The notes below the pieces were generated by a model that was given only the letters and a program-made list of their open reading frames with translations, was not told the origin of the DNA and ran no database searches. 64,000 bases of DNA from Eledone cirrhosa. Its lineage: Eukaryota. The DNA lies in contig OZ024756.1 in NCBI GenBank assembly GCA_964016885.1, forward strand, positions 6,944,001-7,008,000, in the 5' to 3' direction. The position numbers and the translations under genes were made by a program. Positions within the stretch are counted from its first letter, which is position 1; every line of letters starts with the position of its first letter. Shown here piece after piece: positions 55,903 through 64,000 of the stretch.

Positions 55903-56512
55903 TTTCGTTTCTGAATTTGTTTAGCAAGATTCTTTATCTGAAATCGTGTGTTGAAACCGATATTGTTATACTTTGGGAGGGCCATGTTGCCAATAAGAAA
56001 CACACGCACCAGTTGCTTTCACTTCAATTTATTATATATTTATAAATTTATAAATTTACAAATCTACAAACCTATAAATTTCTGGTTGGTTGGTTGGTTC
56101 CACAACCAGATAGTTGTTTATATATATAGTCATACGCCATTTTGTTTCTGGGGAGAGGCAGAACAAACTTTCCTCCAAGAGATGTTATAGTTAATATTTT
56201 TGTCTTTCAAGGACCATATCCACTCTTCCATCTTTCTTCATATCATTGGCCATAAATGGCGTAGGATAGAAGAAAGAAAAGGCACAGAAACGAAGAAAGG
56301 AATCCCCAGTCACTGAAGAGGTCACAGAGTGTGTGACGAAAGGACTATGACTATATATATAAACAACTATCTGGTTGTGGAACCAACCAACCAACCAGAA
56401 ATTTATAGGTTTGTAGATTTGTAAATTTATAAATTTATAAATATATAATAAATTGAAGTGATAGCAACTGGTGCGTGTGTTTCTTATTGGCAACATGGCC
56501 CTCCCAAAGTAT

Positions 56513-56520
<8 letters not shown>
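55903..56520. mobile_element. Family E (Neptune-related) foldback pLTR with a captured insert
   Basis: Arms about 55960-56133 and 56347-56520 are reverse complements. Shares AAATGGCGTAG, AACCAACCAA and the CCCTCCC(A)AAGTATAACAAT tail with the 13539-15229 element. Confidence 0.85.
56308..56352 (+). ncRNA. Minimal type I hammerhead ribozyme (family E)
   Basis: AGTCA CTGAAGA G GTCACA GAGTG TGTGAC GAAA GGAC TA TGACT: perfect stems I and II. Confidence 0.8.
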
Positions 56521-56552
<32 letters not shown>

Positions 56553-56742
56553 GCGAATATCTGTCAGTCTGTCTGTCTGCATTATTATGCTATATGTGTG
56601 TGTTTATATATGTTTATATAGTGTGTATATATATAGTGTGTGACGTTTTTCGAAATATTTATTTCTGCGTTCACAGATTGATTTTTTTTTTATTTCAGAA
56701 GATCCCGTTAAGCAGCGATTCTTTGCTTAATTTTTAATCTGT

Positions 56743-59371
<2,629 letters not shown>

Positions 59372-59639
59372 TATATTCGTGTACAGATATTTTTGCATAC
59401 ACAATAATAAAATATAAGTATTTATTTCGCGATAAAGTATTGATTTTCTTCGCACGAAAAAAAAACCCTGGTAATCTATGACGAAATGTTTTTATAAGCA
59501 CAGAGAGAATGAGAGAGAGAGAGAGAGAGAGAGGTGGGGGGGGATAATGTGCAACAGAAATGAAACATGGATTACAGTTTAAAATATATTCTAGCTAGAT
59601 GAGAAACAAAACGAGGATGTAGTTTATGGAACACCCAAA

Positions 59640-60085
59640 TGATTTAGAAATCGACCTTAAGTAGGAGCAATAACATTAAGAAAGACATGAACGACACCAC
59701 AACACTATGTTTTGAAGATTTTGAAAGTAGGTTTATAAGTATGAATTTTCATAAGAATTTCGTAGTTGTCTCTGTGGCTTAGTGGTAGACGGTGGAGATC
59801 CTGGCTTTGGGTTCAATGATGCTCAAGAGGTACGTGTAAACTTTTCCAGTTTTTATTTTACAACCCATAGAAAAAATTGAAAAGGTTTACTGGGAAACTA
59901 CTCCCGACCAGGATCACAACCGTCTATGTTTCCGCCAACTAGGCCACCGAGACAGCTACAAAAGTATAATGAAAGTTGATAATTATAAACCTACTTTAAA
60001 AATCGAAGTTAAAAAGATGTGCTGTCGTTCATGGCTTTCCTAGAGCTATTACTAATATTTAGGGTTGACTTCTGGTCATTGTTGA
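59640..60085. repeat. Diverged foldback/MITE-like element with a tRNA-like inner arm
   Basis: Mirrored blocks GTAGGTTTATAA/TTATAAACCTAC, CATGAACGACA/TGTCGTTCATG and GTCTCTGTGGCTTAGT/ACTAGGCCACCGAGAC. Confidence 0.65.
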
Positions 60086-60321
60086 AAGACTCTGGATTTC
60101 ACAAAATACATAATATTTTTATTGGAGAAGGTAAAATATTTTCCGGCAAAAGTTTAATTGCAAAGTTTTCTTTCCACTTAGATATTTTTCGAAATTGTTA
60201 TTTATTCATTATAAAAATTAAATGATAGCATTTTATATGTAGGTTGGTCCCCTTCATCTCATGGCAACCAATATTTTTAGACCCTGTCCGCCACTGCATA
60301 CATATATATAAATACACACAT

Positions 60322-60415
<94 letters not shown>

Positions 60416-61133
60416 GTAGAACACTGGAAGGTAATATGCGTAGTGGTAGAGAACTCAGTCCATGGGACAAGTTAGGTAGAAGTGGTTACATAACAGTTAG
60501 TTCACCAATTGTTCTCGGTATGGTGAACTAACTGTTGTGTAACCACTTCTATATATATATATATATATATATATAACGAAGGAAGTTTGGTAAGAAACCA
60601 GATGGACCATAACGCACCAGAGTACTCAATACTTAGGGTAGTAGAGTGGGTAATAGACCCGACGGCAGAGACAAGCCGTCGAAACGGCTTGAGCTCTGCC
60701 GTTGGGGTGGTCAAACATATTCCTATATATATATATATATATATATTTACAAATATTATTTCAGCGAGATCGTATTTCGGCAGTGGCCAGAAAACAAAAC
60801 GAAACGCAATCTTCGAGATATGTGGCAAGCGCTCAATGGACTAAAAGAAGACCAGAGCAATTAACATACGTTATAGAGGCCAGACAAAATGAAAACAGTG
60901 GTCGTAAAGCCATCAGCCACCGGAGCCAAAAAACGAAGCAAGCTAAACAGGTTAACAAAAGAATGAATTCATATATATATCTATAAATCTATAATATACG
61001 TATATGTATATATATAAGGTCCTGGGCTGTATATATATATATATATATATATATACTATATATAGAGTTATAAACTCAAATAGTCTTTTACAATTAAATA
61101 GCTCAAAGAAAGAGATATTTCTGAGCCGTGAAA

Positions 61134-61648
61134 TACAAAATTAATATATGATAAACACTAATACAAGTATATAAATGTTTGTATTGCAAAGGACCAAGTT
61201 AGCTAGATTGAAAAATACTAATTAAATTAATACAGTTTGCCTGTCTGGAATCAATAGTGCCATAAATCAATAGTCCCATAAATCAATAGTCCCATAAAAA
61301 CGGCTGCTATTTCTGGCGGCACACTGGGACACCATGTGCGTTCAACAACACATTTCTCTCAGTCTTCCTAAGTATTTTGAAGTGAAACATACCAATTTCT
61401 GGATACCTGCAGCTGAGCACAGAAATGGAATTTTCACTTATTGTTACGAAACAGATTTGAGTTTTGAAATTTAAATTTGTACAGGTATCACGGCTATTGC
61501 CAATATGGGTTTGTTTTAATGATTTATTATTTTAAATCGAGACAGGTAAACTGTATTAATTTAATTAGTATTTTTCAATCTAGCTAACTTGGTCATTTGC
61601 AATACAAACACTTATATACTTGTATTAGTGTTTATCATATATTAATTT

Positions 61649-61653
<5 letters not shown>
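61134..61653. repeat. Foldback element, ~115-bp arms and ~290-bp spacer, ending at (TA)n
   Basis: 61134-61248 is the reverse complement of 61540-61653. Confidence 0.85.
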
Positions 61654-61691
<38 letters not shown>

Positions 61692-61850
61692 TTTTCAATA
61701 TATCTCATATAAAATAATACAGCCAATTATCCACACAATACAATATAGTTAGCACTCCAAAGGTTTAATTCGGAATATACTCCGGTATTTCCTAAAGTTT
61801 GTTGAGTGAGTTGGAAATTCGTCGGAGTATCGCTAATAGCTTTCTCCGTT

Positions 61851-61888
<38 letters not shown>

Positions 61889-62068
61889 TGAGTTTACACT
61901 TGTGTGCGTTGTATATGTTTGTTCTCCACACGTTCTGAAAGCTTACAAACGACACGTTTCTGTACGTCTCAGTGTATATTCACATACGTCACATATGTCA
62001 ACAAGAAGGGATGTAATTTATATACATACACATACACATTGATATATATGTATGCGTCTTTACATACA

Positions 62069-62150
<82 letters not shown>

Positions 62151-62390
62151 CATGCATATATATATGTGTGTTTGTATTATTTGAAACCCTCGTATTTGAT
62201 GACAAATGTCCTCTACTAAATAAATGTTGTTCCAAAGTCTACCACACAAGACAGTGAGACTTTAATGAAGTCTTGCTGTGTACATTCTTATGTTTGTCTT
62301 AATATCGGGAACACTAAACATTCCAAGCCCCCCCCCCCTTATATTTCTTTTATTGTATCTTTTATTTTTATGTTATTTATGGGCATGTGG

Positions 62391-62610
62391 TTAGAATGTC
62401 TCAGATTTTACAAGCGAAACCAAAAGGCAGGAGACCCAGGGATAGACCTCGAGCAAGATAGTTGGATAACATCCAAGAGCTTGGCTAGTCACGCTTGGGG
62501 ATCCAGCCGGATCAGGTGGAGAGAGTTGCTTCAGACAGGAACCGCTAGAAGGATTGTTTGAAGACTCTGCCCCCACGAGCCCCCCAGGAATAAGTGGAAG
62601 AAGAAGAAAG
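62391..62610 (+). mobile_element. Degraded RTE (Expander-like) 3' end
   Basis: QILQAKPKGRRPRDRPRAR*LDNI...ASDRNR..CLKTLPPR, followed by a (GAA)n tail. Confidence 0.65.
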
Positions 62611-62859
62611 AGGGAATTAGTTTTAGTTTTAGTTTTGTTATAACCTTCCCTATTTTCAACCCCATTACGTCTGAAAACTGGAATGGCCTCTTAAACAGCT
62701 ATTTGGTTCTCTCGAAACCATCTATTGTCAAAATACTTATATAAAAGTGCTTATATATATGTGGAGCTTTCGAAAGAGGTATAACGATGGGTTCTCTAGA
62801 GAGAGAGAAAACTAGGCTGCTAGAGTTTTCCACCGGAACAAGACTCTAAGAGTTTTAGT

Positions 62860-63183
62860 CGTCATAGGCTGACTATAAACTCAGCGTCTATACACTCATA
62901 GATTGATCAAATGAGGCTTATCTTTCAACATAGTGCCTGGAAAGTAACAATGCAGATGTTAACAAAAAAAGTTGAAGTTAATACATGAAAGATTTCACAG
63001 CTCTAACATCACTCCTTTAAAGGCTGATCAAGATACTCTCATGGAATGAACAAATGAAGTTTATTTTTCAACATATTCCTGAAAGAATTAATAAGAAGAG
63101 TTGAAATTAATGCATGAAAGATTTCACAGATCTAGAATCATTATTTCATAGTCTGCGTATTAACTTTTCAGTGGATTCGCGTA
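62860..63183 (-). mobile_element. Degenerate copy of the 3323-3668 mariner-type MITE
   Basis: AAGATACTCTCATGGAATGA, AATAAGAAGAGTTGAAATTAATG and ATTTCACAG blocks are reverse complements of the 3.3-3.7 kb element. Confidence 0.65.
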
Positions 63184-63644
63184 ATTTCACGAGAGATTCT
63201 CCATTGTTGGAAAAAGTGAAACACTCGTCGTCAATATAGACGGAGATCTAAAGTACATTCATTGGTGTAGAATTATTTTCTGTAGTAAATACACGTATTG
63301 GCTCAATGTCAGTATGAAAAAAACACCAACACTATCTATATTATTATTTCATAAACAAATAAGAGAGGTTGTGCTTATTTAAGAAATTAATAATTGATAC
63401 TGTTGGTGATGTTGAAAATATGAAATAAAAAATTATGAACTTTCCAAGATAAAGTGGAAATAAATTGGGAGTTTAGAATTTCATTTGAAATTTGTCCCAC
63501 GGATTAATTATTTCATTTTCGAAACGGTTTCTAATTTAGTTCTTTCAAAACAATTAATTTTAGTTTTGCTTGGAAGAAATATTGCTTCTCCTAGCAAAAA
63601 ATGAAAAGATTCCTGGCTATTTCTAACGTGATATATGAAGACAT

Positions 63645-63840
63645 AGAGTCGGACACCATGCTTTGCAGTTTAGAGTTACGGCCCTTTATATTCTGAGTTC
63701 AAATCCTGCTGAGGTTAGCTTTGCCATTCATCTTTACGGGATTGATAAAATAAAATACCAATAATGCACTGGGGTCGATTTAATCGATTTTCCCCTCTGT
63801 CCCAAATTACTAGCCTTGTGCTCAAATCAGAAATCATTGT
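63645..63840 (+). mobile_element. Octopod tRNA-SINE
   Basis: Matches the SINE consensus. Confidence 0.8.
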
Positions 63841-64000
63841 TAATACGTTATAACAACAACAACAACATCAACGACGACGACAACAACAACGGCAACAACT
63901 CGGCACATACCCAAGACAAACAGAGCTGTGTTCGGCAATTCAGTGATGACCGGAAATATAAGACAAATAATACGTCTTTCTAACATTAGCACAAGGCCAG

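Overview
Eukaryotic, very AT-rich and repeat-saturated DNA. The many tRNA-derived SINE copies (GCCTTTCATCCTTACGGGGTCGATAAAATAAAGTACCAG core) and the dense (TA)n/(CA)n/(TACA)n microsatellites point to an octopod cephalopod; this is inferred from recognition, with no database search. I found no convincing host protein-coding gene, and nearly all ORF-track entries are microsatellite artefacts. Recognisable content: a 62-bp satellite (about 46 copies); 5'-truncated Penelope-like elements (PLEs) of two types (Neptune-like RT C-terminus plus GIY-YIG at 13.6-14.7 kb; a different GIY-YIG tail at 57.9-58.2 kb); a degraded R4/Dong element; RTE 3' fragments and bipartite non-autonomous RTE elements; L1/Tx1 3' ends stacked in (GATA)n; Tc1/mariner MITEs; about 25 SINEs. 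The most notable signal is that the (TA)n arrays are full of short, mostly non-coding foldback (inverted-repeat) insertions. At least eight sequence-unrelated families carry minimal type I hammerhead ribozyme folds (stem I-CUGANGA-stem II-GAAA-short or palindromic stem III-UH-stem I). Two of these families link physically to PLE coding remnants. One family has a conserved non-canonical CAGAAGA core, and one element carries a copy of a neighbouring element's inversion junction. I interpret this as a TA-targeted, ribozyme-bearing PLE and mini-PLE ecosystem; that reading is inference. Coordinates were read by eye and may be off by a few bases.
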